From Novakomyces olei (taxonomy: Eukaryota), in NCBI GenBank assembly GCA_016906335.1, contig JADEYG010000007.1, positions 1,364,001 through 1,428,000 of the forward strand: a stretch of 64,000 nt of DNA, read 5' to 3'. This document shows positions 42,661 through 54,994 of the stretch, one piece after another (position 1 is the stretch's first letter; every line of letters starts with the position of its first letter). Both the position numbers and the translations under genes were made by a program. The notes below the pieces were generated by a model that made no database searches, was not told the DNA's origin, and worked only from the letters and a program-made list of their open reading frames with translations.

Positions 42661-42741
42661 TACTTCTCGTGGTTACTAAAGTGCAGATACTCACTAGTAA
42701 AATACTTTTTGTGGTTATAAAAGTGCAGATACTCACTAGTA
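42661..42741. repeat. Imperfect 42-bp tandem duplication
   Basis: GTGGTTA..AAAGTGCAGATACTCACTAGTA occurs twice, 42 bp apart. Confidence 0.8.
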
Positions 42742-44668
42742 CAGTAATGACATTGCGTTTTCAAAGGTAACCTTTGCCACTTAAGCGCGACCCAACATAT
42801 GAGACACCTTTAGATCCATTAATTGGGATGATTTTCATACGTATATTACATTTGTACACTCAAACCGGCGGTTACAGCAGTCAGCCATATATTATTGACA
42901 TTTTACACGAGTGCCCTGTCTATCCAATTATTGCACCTGCTTGCCTTAAAGCATGCAACACTCGGCCTTTTGGCCGTTTTTGCTAGCTACCATTTTACTT
43001 TTTCCGGAGGTCTTGGCTTGCTTGCGTATCCAATTGACCTGATAATGACTTTTTGCCCTTTTGACTATCAGTGCGTTTCTGTATCGCTACAAAATCGAAT
43101 TCTATGTGGGCATTGTATATTTGAACGTAGTGCTTGTGCATAAGAGTGATGCCGCGTTGAGCCCGTTCTCACATTCTCTTTCCTCAACTCAAATATAGTC
43201 GGTTAAGCATTGGGTGGTCTAGAGTCCCAGCGTGCTCTGTCTCGATATCATTATAGTAGTAGTATATCCTCCTGTATAATTAAATAAATTCAATCACTAT
43301 CAGTCTCATTTCGATGGCAGATGCGTGAGTATCACCATGCCCACGTAAAAAACCGGCGTATATATTTTATCATCATAAAATAAATTCTAGACGCGAGAGG
43401 CTCATCAGTAGATCGCGTCAGCACGTAAAATAGAAACCGACGGTAGAATTATTGCAGACGAAATTCTAAATGTCACACTATCCATACAGCAATGCGTCTT
43501 TCTAGCCAATCGCTTACGAGGAGCTAGCGCAAACGTGGGGTTGCTAGGGATATCTATCGGGTCTAAGCAATGCTATCGGACTGGCTCATCTGGAAAAGGT
43601 AATGCCATTAGTATGAAAAGATTATCCAAGCAGTAACATTTTCCATCCAAAGCCTTGTTTCAAGCAAATTTAATTATCTGCAACGTATAGCTGCACGAGA
43701 TAATCACGTCCACCGTCCTCAAAATGTAATTCTTTTCACATTCTCACGTACGACGAAAGGAAATACTGACAAAAGTAGCCAGATTTATTACTGCTCAAGC
43801 TCTGCATAGTATTGTTTCCTACAATGTAAATCCTGTCTAAACCTGCACTCCTTTCCCTTTCGCATTCCCTTCCTCAGCCTGCATATCTCCTTTTCGGTCG
43901 AACCTCGATTTGTCCCGTTATTTATATCGGGTACTAAAAGGCCTATACTGGATCTTGTTAATTAGTGGCAATGCACCTTTAGACATATTTCGAAATATAT
44001 TCTTCTAAATTGTGCAACTTCATAAAACTCAAACGTTGGGCTACCATCCTGACCCAGTGTAGTCACCGACTTCCCGTTCGTTATTTATTATTAACTTCTC
44101 CTCGCTTAGGACTAGTCCTTTTCAGCTGTCTATTATACTTTTCAGTATCTACTCGATTATTCTCCGCAATTTGCTACTGATTTTTATTACTCGTTTTTCT
44201 CCCTCCCACGTCCTTTCCTCATTCATTTAGCACTGTGCCGTACTTACACCTATCTATGCGCAATTTTCACGCCCAGCCCATGCCTCATTACTAATTACCG
44301 AAACAAATGCCGAACATTGCCACAACCTAGAAGAGGTCTTGCCCGTCTTCACACTGTATGGGGACTATACGTTTCTTTCACTTCTTATAGTAGGATGTGC
44401 TTTATTTTGAAATTAAATCTTCTGTTTTTACCGATTTATGGACAGTGCCGAGAAGTTTACGTCTAGAATTAGACGTTTGGTTCCGTTTTTAGTAGAAGTC
44501 ATGAGAATAGAGTGTTTAGACTTGGACTGAGTTTAGATTGCGAAGCCAGTTCCTATATCATATCCTCTATATAATTACGAAGTCAAGCTCTTTAATAATA
44601 AAAACAGGGAAGAAAAAATTACCGGTTTTTACAACGTCTATCTAATCCTACGACAATACCCTCCTCTT

Positions 44669-46235
44669 CTATGCTATAACACGGCCCCATGGATGATCTT
44701 CAATACCGTACTGAATATCCATAAACCAGGAATTGAACTGCTCCGCTAGCGGTCCAGCTTCTTTGCCCTGCTGCATTGGAACTTCGATGTCTTTGCCCTT
44801 ATAATGAACGGCTTTAATGGGTGAGATCAAAGCAGCCGTACCTGTTCCAAACATCTCCAGAAGCCTGCCTTCATCAGCGGCCTTGCGGATCTCGGGCATA
44901 GTGAAATAGCGTTCAGTCACCTTCCAACCTTGAGGAACAAGCCGTTCTCTTGCCATATTAACAACAGAGTCCCGTACTACTCCGTCCAGAATCATTCCGT
45001 CTACTGGAGCAGTCAAAAGCTCCTTCTCTCCGTTTTCATTGATCCAGGCAGCAAAGCAGTTCATTGTGCCAACCTCTGTTACTCTGTCATCGTCGCCAAA
45101 GAGCCACAAAACCTGTGCATAACCCTTTTCCGCCGCCAATACTTGTGGAAGAATACCTGGAGCGTAATTGCCTCCGACTTTGGCGTTCCCAACCCCACCG
45201 GGCCATGCACGAAGCATGTCTTGTGAAGCGTAAAGCTTGACAGCTTTGAAGCCAGACTATACTTAGCACTTGTACTAATTGTTCCACTAGAAACATTATC
45301 GTTACCTTGTAATAAGGTCCCACTGGGCTGGCTATCATAAAGATGAGCGAGCTGTTCACGGGACCGACGCCGAGGGTCTTTTGCGTTCCGATATGTGTGG
45401 GCCGTAAATACAATGAGTAGCCAAAGCCTTCAGGCACCCAGCGATTTTCCTTGCGCACAAACTCGGCAATAATATCCTCGAGCGCTTTCAAGTCAAAAGA
45501 GGGCAGCGAGATACGAGTTGAGGACTTTACAAATCGTTGCATGTTTTTGTCCGGGCGAAAGAGACGAATTTTTCCATCGTTGCCCTTCACATTAGCACTG
45601 TAGCAACGAAATAGAGGCGTAAGGACTATGCAAATGCCAGGATCTTATTGCCAATATTATATGTAGTCATGCCAATATTATATGTAGACATGGAATCGCG
45701 TGGCATTATGTATATGGATAAAAGAGCCCAGTACAGTAAAGACAAATGTACCAAAAATGTAGAACGAATGTACAGACAAAATCCAAAAGAAACCATGAAA
45801 AGCGCATAAATCAGAATACAAATTCTCCTCGATAATTCATACCCTATAAGCCTTCATTCCCTCAAAGCATTCGAATCCGTAATGGAATACACAAGTTGCT
45901 GGGTCCAAGCTGAGATTCTGGTATGGCGAGATCTTTGGCCGATCCCATCCTTCGTGCACGTTCCATCCCACAGTGAGCATATGGTCCGTAAAAGTATGGC
46001 CAAAGACCAATTTGTCATTGGGAACGAGCGGCTTTGGGTTTGCAGTCCGTTCAAAAACCAAATCGTTCGCGCTTAATGGCCTTACAGCCTGTTGCTGGCT
46101 CATTTGCCGAGCAGAATTGTGCAATTCTCGTGGCCCGTGCGATTGACCTTCGTCGGCCGTCATTGAAAACGAGCTGCCCTTTGCCCGCAGAGCAATTTTT
46201 GCTCGCAAAGCGTTTCGAGTCGACCGCAGCAACAT
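44669..46235 (-). CDS. BAT1: Branched-chain amino acid aminotransferase with mitochondrial presequence; 3 exons
   Basis: FGHTFTDHML, HYGFECFEGMKAY, LYLRPT, KVGGNYAP, EVGTMN, EMFGTGTAA. Introns 45585-45842 and 45257-45305. Confidence 0.95.
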
Positions 46236-46979
46236 CCGGTGCGAAAATTCAAGATCAGCAGTGGACGAGTTATAGTCTTGTGTATTTTTATTTATATTTC
46301 TCATATATCATTATCGGGATAGATCTATACAGATAAAATCTCTAACTTTTTTGCCGGTCACGTGATGTGTATTATTTGACAGGGTCACTTTTGAAAGGTG
46401 ACGGGCAAACTTGTAGAGTACCGTTCACCTTTGTTTGTAAAGAGCGAGATAGTAAGATATTCTATTGCCGTTCAACTGCTCATGGCCAATAATGATAGGT
46501 TTGCCGTTAATTGTTTTGAAATTTTACGTTTACACATTAGCAGCAATTTTTTTTATTTACTCGCTGTCGCATTAGAAAATGTTTATACATATCAAACTAA
46601 GCCCGGAAAATAGACTATAGTCAAAAGCGTTTAACAACAATAAAAAGTGCGTCAGAAAAAGCGCGCTCATCGAAATTTATCTTTTGCGCGCACATTGCAA
46701 ATCACTGTTCACTGTTCACTGTTGCCTCTTTATCGTGAAATGTCACTAACGAAGGGTTAAATAATAATATGTAAAATAATATTTAAAGTTAGCGCAGCAT
46801 TGAACGCAGAGATAATAATACTGTTAAAAATGATTTCAAAGTTAATATTGATGATAGAAAATATACAAAGTTATTGCACTGACAATGGCTAATAAAAGTT
46901 ATATGACCAGCAGAGAAATAATATATCGAGGCAGCAGTATTGAATAATTTGCGAGGGCAATTTTGCCTACTCGCTCACA

Positions 46980-49225
46980 ATGGCGTTTGTCCCTCCATGG
47001 AAACAGCAGCAATCGCCGCCTCCGCAGTCAGAAGCAGTAGAGAATGCAGCAAAAATAAGCAAAAATCTGGGCGCCAATGGCAACGATCAAAGATCTGTCG
47101 CCGCCGCAGAGGTGCCTGCTCCGGCCGCCATTGTCTGGCACGAGTACAAGACCGCGGAAGGCCGTATGTACTATTACAACAGCGAAACAAAGCAGAGCGT
47201 ATGGGACAAACCGGACGAAATGAAATCCCCACAGGAAGTGAGTAACTTTGTTGGCATTTTGATATATAGCATTTAACTTTTCTAACATTAATAAAGCTCG
47301 CTTTATCCAAACAGCCATGGAAGCAGTACGATGCTCCCAGTGGCCGCAAGTACTGGCACAATCCAGTCACTCGGGAATCAGTGTGGGACATGCCCGAAGT
47401 TTACCGTCATGCGTTGGAAGGCCAGATAATTACGCAAGATGAGACCTCAACAGCACAATCAGAGTCATTAGCAAAATCAGCCCAGCAACAGCCGCCAGTA
47501 GTCAAGCAACCGGTGCTACAAATATTAAGCAACAAAGAAAGGGAATTACAATTGCTGGATTTACCGTCTACCGATGAACAGGGAGAGCAAGCGTTTTTCA
47601 AGCTTTTACGACGCTGTAATGTTACCCCAGAAATGTCCTGGTCCGAAGCAATGCACCTGGCTGTCGCTGATCCACAGTTTCCCTTACTCATTCCTTCAGC
47701 GATTGATCGAAAACGTGCCTTTGAAAAATATTGTGAGCAAACACGGGGCGCTGAAGTCGAGAAATTTAAGGAGCGATTAAACAAAATATCGAAAGATTTA
47801 CGTGACGCTATTCGAAGGCACAAGCAGAAAATCAAGCCTTACATGCTCTGGCGCTCCGTGCGAGTTGAGCTAGAAGGTGACCCAGTCGTTTCGCGATACC
47901 CAGAGATCGAATTGGCCCGTGTTTATTACGATTATGTAAACGAAGCACGAGGAGACGAAGAGGAAGCACAAAAAGAGGCTAAAGCCCAAGGCAAGGGCGA
48001 GTTTGAACGACTTTTACAGCGCTTAAACTTGAAACCACACACGAGGTGGGAAGATGCTCAAGAGATTTTCAAGGCCTCACCAGAGTTTCACAAGGATCCA
48101 GTGTATCGTAGTCTGAACAAGCTGGACTGCCTTGTTGTTTATGAAACACATATAAAAGCACTAGAGCGTAACTATATTGATGAGCGACAGCATGAAAAGG
48201 CTATCCGTGTACGACGAGAACGAAAAGCTCGAGATGCCTATAAATCGCTGTTGGAGGAGTTTAAACAAGACAAAATCATTGTAGCCGGTACACGATGGAG
48301 TGATGTATATCCGCGCGTAAAGGACAGAAAAGAGTACCTTGAAATGCTGGGTAATCAAGGCTCAACGCCTCAGGAATTGTTTTGGGACATGATCGAAGAG
48401 TTCCAGACGGACGTTCAAGGCGCCAGAGCCAGGGTTGAGCAGTTGCTAGAGGCCAAGGAGTTGCAGATAACGGACGACTCTACTTTTTCTGATTTTCAAG
48501 CTCTTTTACAGATGGACGACAGGCTTGCAGAATTGGATGAAAACGTAGCAAGACTCGTATTTTTTGGGCTGCAAGAGCAATACAGACGCGGAGCAGAGGA
48601 GGCTCGACGCCACGCTGAGCGGAGAGTACGGAGACGAATGGACTCGTTTAGATCTCGTTTGAAACATTTGGATCCGCCTGTTAAACCTGGGGACACTTGG
48701 GAGCAAGTAAGAGGACGTGTATCTAAATCAGAAGAGTTTGTTGCCCTTGAAAGTGAAGAACTACGTGAAGAAGCCTTTTATAGATTTATGCGAAGGCTGA
48801 AAGAGTCGATTGAGGAGAGCAAACATTATGCGGAACGTCAAAGAGAACGCGAAAGAGAACGCGAAAGAGAACGCGAAAGAGAACGCGAAAGAGAACGCGA
48901 AAGAGAACGCGAAAGAGAACGCGAAAGAGAGCGCGAGACGCGTCATCGTGAACGCGAACGCGGACACGCCAAAGATCGCGATCGCGATGCCGAACGTGAA
49001 CGTGATCGCGAACGGCATCACAATACGGCACGTGATTCGTCGAGAAGGCTGTCGAGACATCAAGAGGAGGCGTTGGAAGACGATCGCGCGAAACACGAAG
49101 ACGAGCAGCAAAGACGCCGAGTGCGTGAAGATGCTTACGCGTTAGAAGCGCGTAAAAAGCCTCGATACGATACTCCATCGGCTGCCGATGGAGATGAATC
49201 TAGCGAAGAAGGCGAAATCCATTGA
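46980..49225 (+). CDS. PRP40: U1 snRNP-associated Prp40 (2 WW + FF domains); 2 exons
   Basis: [15 protein letters not shown]...WDKP and [12 protein letters not shown]...WDMP, FF repeats, [16 protein letters not shown] end. Intron 47238-47296. Confidence 0.93.
48841..48936 (+). repeat. 12-bp coding tandem repeat giving an (RE)n tract
   Basis: AAGAGAACGCGA x7 perfect plus 1 variant. Confidence 0.95.
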
Positions 49226-49378
49226 TGAAATGTACTATAATTTCAGCACACAAGTTACTAGTTATTTATCATGTTGAGTATACAGTATCCGATTCTACTC
49301 TCTGCCTTGTTGCAATGGTATTATAAGGACAGAGCTAAGAATTTATATATAAATATTCGATCATAATTCATTAAATGA

Positions 49379-49440
49379 AATAAATAATTCAATAAATAAT
49401 TCAATAAATAATTCAATAAATAATTCAATAAATAATTCAA
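49379..49440. repeat. 12-bp AT-rich tandem repeat (AATAAATAATTC), about 5 copies
   Basis: Read directly between PRP40 and the BRCT gene. Confidence 0.85.
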
Positions 49441-49560
49441 TGAATAATTAAACAAGAAATCTATAGTAGTAATAAAAGCAAAGTAAATGAATGAACAACA
49501 AGTAAACATAATTTAATGTAAAAGTACGCGACTGACGCGACTTGACGAGAAGCTACGACA

Positions 49561-52500
49561 ATGGCGGCCGCAAATGCGGTCTTTTCCGGGCAAAAAGCCA
49601 TAGCTAATTGCAGTGATGCGGATGTAAGTATATTTAATGAATTTTTAACTTTTAACTTTGGAAATAGATCATATCCGTACTGCTTTCGCAACATGGTGCA
49701 ATTGTATTGGGCCGCGACAAAGTGGAGGACGCGACAGTCATTGTCGCGGATGACGCCTCCACAGTCTTCAGTGAGGATGCGTCCAGACGTGGAGTACCTA
49801 CGGCCAGTGTGAGTTGGTTCTGTCAAGTTCATGATCAGTTTGCTGATAGCTTAGACTGCGTGGGTCTACGATTCGATCAAATTTGACAAAATACAAGAGT
49901 AGGAACTTTGTTATGATCTAGTGTTCTAAGCGTTCAAGTCCGCTACAGTACTCGCCCGACAGCAAAATGATATTTTCGGGTTTGCGTGTGACGTGTGCGG
50001 ATGATGTAAGTTTAGACTGTGCCTATACGGAAAATGCTTTGGATTGTTGCTGAGAGTTTAAAGATACCGACAGGCGATAAGGAGCTTATATACGGGGGCG
50101 TCATGGCACTTGGTGGAGCGTGGGATGAATCTTTAGGGAAAAGAATAACGCATATTGTTGCTTGCAGTATTAAACAGGTACGTGCCGTTCTTGATGATTT
50201 AAATCTAACATTGATAAAGCCAAAGTGTGTTCGAGCGATGCAGCATCCCGAGATTAATATTAAAATAGTTTTGCCTCACTGGTAAGTCTACACTAATAGA
50301 TTGATTTTATGCCTGTTTTATTACAAGTCTAGGTATAGGGCTGAACCTAGATCTAAATCAAATTTAAAACCAAAATCAGTGTCTATTTTATTTTTTAAAT
50401 TACCTTTTTTTATCTAATCAATTGCCAGGTTTGACGACTGTTTAAAATTGAGACGAAAATTGCCCGAGACAAATTACCTTTTACCCGACCCGCCTTTATT
50501 GAAAATGGCATCTTTTTCCAATAATCTGCCGCTGAACTCAGACAAATATTTGGAGAACGTTTATGAAAGCAATTCTGATGTTCCAGAAACTGTGGGAGCG
50601 CGAATATTTGACGGGCAAGCGGTCAAGTTTGCTTCCGATATAGACGTGGGACCACGGCTGTTAAAGCTTTTAAAACAGCTAGTGAGAAGCTCTAGAGGCG
50701 TTCTGTGTGAGGATGATGATATTGAATCTGCAGACATTCTCGTAGCCCGTTATCGCTCTGGACCAGACTTTATACGGGTATTTGTTTCCTATTATTCTCA
50801 ACAGAGTTAAATTTGCTGTTTGCCCTTATATTTAATCATATTTTGTTTGATGTTGATTAAGTTGTAATCATACCTTGCAAGATTTCATTAAATTAAACGC
50901 GCCGATACTAACAGCTTGCTTTCAATAGGCACTTGAACGGAGGATCACGATTGGCAATCTAACATGGCTATTTTGGATGTTTTCCAAAGGCGAATATATC
51001 AACCCTCGCAAACACCTGCTTCATTACCCTGTAATGAACGATAAAATCCCCGGAATGTCAGATATGGTATGAAAATCAAATTTCAAAAATAAAACAGCAT
51101 AAAACAAAATGAAATAAATTTAATGCGGCCGTTCTCACCTACTGACTTTCAGACAATCACAATCACAAACTATACAGGTAAAGCAAGATCCTACCTGGAA
51201 AAGCTTATTTCTGCGTCTGGAGCGACATTCACGAAAACCATGCGACCTACAAATACCCATTTAATAGCGGCCGCACCGGTTGGAGAAAAGTACGATGCAG
51301 CGCAGGAATGGAATATCCAGACAGTAAATCATCTTTGGCTGGAGGAGAGCTATGCGCAAATGTCGGTTCAGTCGTGTACTAAAGTTAGATATACCCATTT
51401 TTCACCTTCTGTCAATATGGTTGATTTAGTTTGTACAACAGAGATCGATGAGAACGTTATCAGACAACGAATGGGTATTGCAGAGTGCAATAGCAGCTCA
51501 AAAAGCATTACAGCAAAAGAGGGATCTGGTTTACAAAAAGTCAATGGCCAAACAGCAGTGGAGCCTGCTGCTGAAGAAATAGGTATAAGGGAAGATCTGG
51601 CGGACGGAGGAAATCCCGTCTTACCGGTCGATGCAGATGAAGAGTTACAGCAGCCGCAATCACCAGACAGTGTCTACTTGACTGCAGATGCGTCTGGTGA
51701 AGAAGAGGCTAATTCCCAAGATGAAAACGGCTCTAAATCAAGCACTCATTCTTCTCCTCTTCCCTCTCCCACAGCTATTGCAAAGTCGACAAAGCACCAA
51801 TTAAGGCAGAGCACACATAGAGGGCAATCGGAAAAGCAAGCAGATGAAACTGATCAGCTGAGATCACCGCCTGTGTCATCATCCGTGCACAAGGCTATTG
51901 CAGTTGAACTTGATTCCAAGAGTGCGGTGAAAACAGCAGCCTCAAGAATCGATGCCGGTGCAGAAGTCAAGAGTACAAAAATTGCCATTGGCATATCTCC
52001 ACCGCCTTCGGATCAGCCAAAATCTGTAGTGCAGAAGCAGCAGCCTTCGCCCGTCCAAGAAACGGCGGTAGGTACACCCAAACACCGACTCACAAGGCAG
52101 GACGGGGAGACGCTTTCATCTTCCCGGTCTTCAAAACGCAAGGCAGCCGAGTCTGCGACTTTTGCCCTTCACAAGTATATTATGCCAGACGTTTTACTAC
52201 ACGAAAAGGAGCGTAAACGGAAATCTCTCGGTGACTTAACCCCTTCACGGCGTGGAAGGGATATGGAAACTGACTACTCGCCAAAGAGCAGAAAAATTCT
52301 CGTGCTGATTACTGGCTATGACGAGGAATTTGCGCCGGAGCAGATTAGTGTAAGTGCAGACAACAGAGAATGGATTGCAATGAATAATAGAATAAGACGA
52401 AAAGGAATAAGGAATTAGGAAAGGAAAGAATAGAATAGAAATTGCAGATACAAAACACAAAATTGAATAACAATCTGGAGGACTTGGAATCAAAAGCATG

Positions 52501-53149
52501 AATGAAAAGAGAATTAAACGGTCTAATATATTTGGCTGATGTCTAAATCAATTAATACATTATACAACATTGACTAATCAATCAGAAACTTAATCAGTTG
52601 GGGCTTTACCTGACGGACGACGCGTCTGTGTGCACTCATTTAGTAGCACCCAAAGTTATGAGGACGAAAAAATTCATGAGTGCAGTGGCTCATGGACCAG
52701 AAGTCGTGACAATGGACTGGCTTCTTCATACGTTATCAACGGGATCAGTGCAAAATCCAAGGCAATTTGAACTAGCGGATTCTGCGGCCGAGCAGCGATG
52801 GGGATTTAGTCTCAAGGACTCACTTGGACGTGCTAGGAAAAACCGTAAAAGTCTCTTGAAAGGCTGGACTGTAATTTTCATGCCTGCTTCATGGAACCGG
52901 ACAAACAAGGATACACTTGCGGGAACCGTGGAGTCAAACGGTGGCCAGTCAAGATTTCTAAGCAATGTAAAGCGGACTGTGGTTAAACTGGACGAGGGTT
53001 ACGACAATGCGGTTCTCGTATTGTCTCCCGATGACGAAAAGTCCGCCGATCCTATCGTGAAGCAACTCGAAAGTAAACAATCTAATGTCAAAACGGTGGT
53101 ACTGGACAGTCTGGTTCGTGCAGTACTGCAACAATCTATTGATTTTTAG
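49561..53149 (+). CDS. brc1: Multi-BRCT DNA repair scaffold Brc1/Rtt107; 10 exons
   Basis: Spliced YSPD..IFSG, GDKELIYGGVMALGG, VLPHWFDDCLKL, ITNYTGKARSYLEKLI..GATFTKTM, VNHLWLEESY, CTHLVAPKVMRTKKF. Nine GT-AG introns keep the frame. Confidence 0.87.
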
Positions 53150-53200
53150 CTAAAGGTTTGGCTTTATTATAGACAAGTATTGTTCATGTATATAATAACG

Positions 53201-54434
53201 CTAGCTCGCGGTGCAGCTCGCAGTGAGCACTTCGACGCCCGTCTCGGTCACGAGCACAGTTTGTCTGTAGAGTTAGAAGCTTTAAGGATTTATTACCATC
53301 AGTCATACTCAAATTGTGCACTATCGCCGTCAGCATGAACGGACCAGCCATCCTGGGGATCTATACTAGTTCTCCCTCGGCCGTCAACTAGGATGGGTTC
53401 TATTGTGAACACCATTCCCGGCAGCATAGCACCGGGATCGCTGTTTTCTAATGAATCAGAATCAGGACGAACAAAAAGGTAGGTAGGCTAAATAGAGCGA
53501 TACCAGATTGATCAATAGATTAGATTAGATTAGATCAGATAAGATCAATCTTATCTAATCAGGGCAAACTATTAATGATTGATCAGACAAGGTTCATACC
53601 ATGGTGGAGGATAAGGGGATAGTCGTGAAACTCACGGCCGATTCCGTGGCCTGAGAGGGATCGTACAACAGAGTATCCTTTCGCTTCTGCAACCTTTTGG
53701 ATAGCCGAGCCGATACCAGAAAGCGGAGCAAAAGGTGCACAGGCTGAAATGCCAGCCTCGAGAGCGCCACGTGTGGCCTCAACAAGCCGACGGCGTTCCT
53801 GGTGTTTCTTTGTGTCGCTGCCAGCGACTAGAAAAGTGTCACAGCAATCGCCGTGGTAGCATGGTGCGCCCGCAGTTTCCCGTCCGTAAAGTGTGACATC
53901 AAGACTTACAATATCGTCTTTTTCCAAAACAAGACTGTGTAAGGTTAGAGATAAACCGCAGAAACAACATTGAATAAAAATGTTTAATTAGGTTTAGATC
54001 ATTGTACAAGGCATCAAGTACACGCGGCAAATGTAAACAAACTTGGATTAAAAACCATACTCGCCTGGCACTCCGTGCGCACATGTACTGTTTACCGATA
54101 CTGTAAGAGCAGCAGGAAAATTGCCATAGTTCAGCGGACTCGGGTACAAGTCACGATCCAGGGCAAATTTACGTACTGCGTCATCAAACGCACGTGCTGG
54201 AGTTCCCGCGCGTACCATTGGCGCCAGTGCGTCGAGGCAAAGACGCGTTTGTGCACAAATGTAACGCGCGCCACGGAGCAGAAACGGATCAAAAGTAGGC
54301 ATCATCGGAAACAGAGCCAGTGGGATATCATCCGTGGGCTGTGATGTGCCTCCACGAGAAGCATAATGCGGAAGTACCGCCCAATTTCGATGTGCATACG
54401 AGGAAAGCTGCCTCTGTAGAGTCAGAAATGACAT
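53201..54434 (-). CDS. Methionine aminopeptidase type 1 lacking the zinc finger, probably mitochondrial (MAP1D-like); 4 exons
   Basis: YPSPLNYGNFP, SVN..CAHGVP, LDVT, HGD, GHGIG..FH, FTIEP, AQFEQT. Confidence 0.87.
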
Positions 54435-54589
54435 GTAAAGTTTGAGTTGTGGGCATTAGTAGTAACTGCAAAGTACGAAATTATACGGATATGGGGTAAA
54501 GTGTAGTGGTGATGTTGTCAACAGCGGCAGTCAAAGTTACTAACTATACTTAATTTAAAGTACGGCAAGTGCTATAAAGTAAGATTATC

Positions 54590-54690
54590 ACTACATCACA
54601 GTTACACCATATCAAAGTGACCCTACATCCAGTCACAATATATCAAAGTTACCCCACATACAGTTACACTATACCAAAAGTTACACATAC
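54590..54690. repeat. Imperfect ~31-bp tandem repeat (3 copies) upstream of MetAP
   Basis: ACAT.CAGT(T/C)ACA..ATA.CAAAGT(G/T)AC recurs three times. Confidence 0.65.
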
Positions 54691-54994
54691 CACATTTATT
54701 CTTGCACGTATATCAGGTCAAGCCTATACAAGTTTGCCTGACGACCTGTTGCGGTAGACGAGTCTCCGACAAACGCAACGATTATAGGAGCAGCCAAAGA
54801 CGCCACGCACCTACGGCCGCAGCCTTGTACGCAATTTACAAAGTGGCCGGCACATCAGCAAGCACATTATGAATGTATTGTAATACTATAGCTTTACACG
54901 CAAGCAAATCACTAATCTGAACAAGGATATGTAGAAACACTTCTCCACCAGCTTTATCCAACCTTTTAATTAAACCCATTGCAAAACGCCCAAT

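Noticed and set aside
48761-49178. Repetitive alternative-frame ORFs (FAFS/RVLF/ENAK)
   Set aside because: Shadows of the PRP40 12-bp RE repeat.
54055-54066. GC-AG donor (GCGAGT) in MetAP intron 1
   Set aside because: The nearby GTATGG donor gives the correct frame (HGVPGDLVLE).
54710-54780. Two adjacent small hairpins, possibly an H/ACA snoRNA
   Set aside because: No properly placed H or ACA box; the stems are short.
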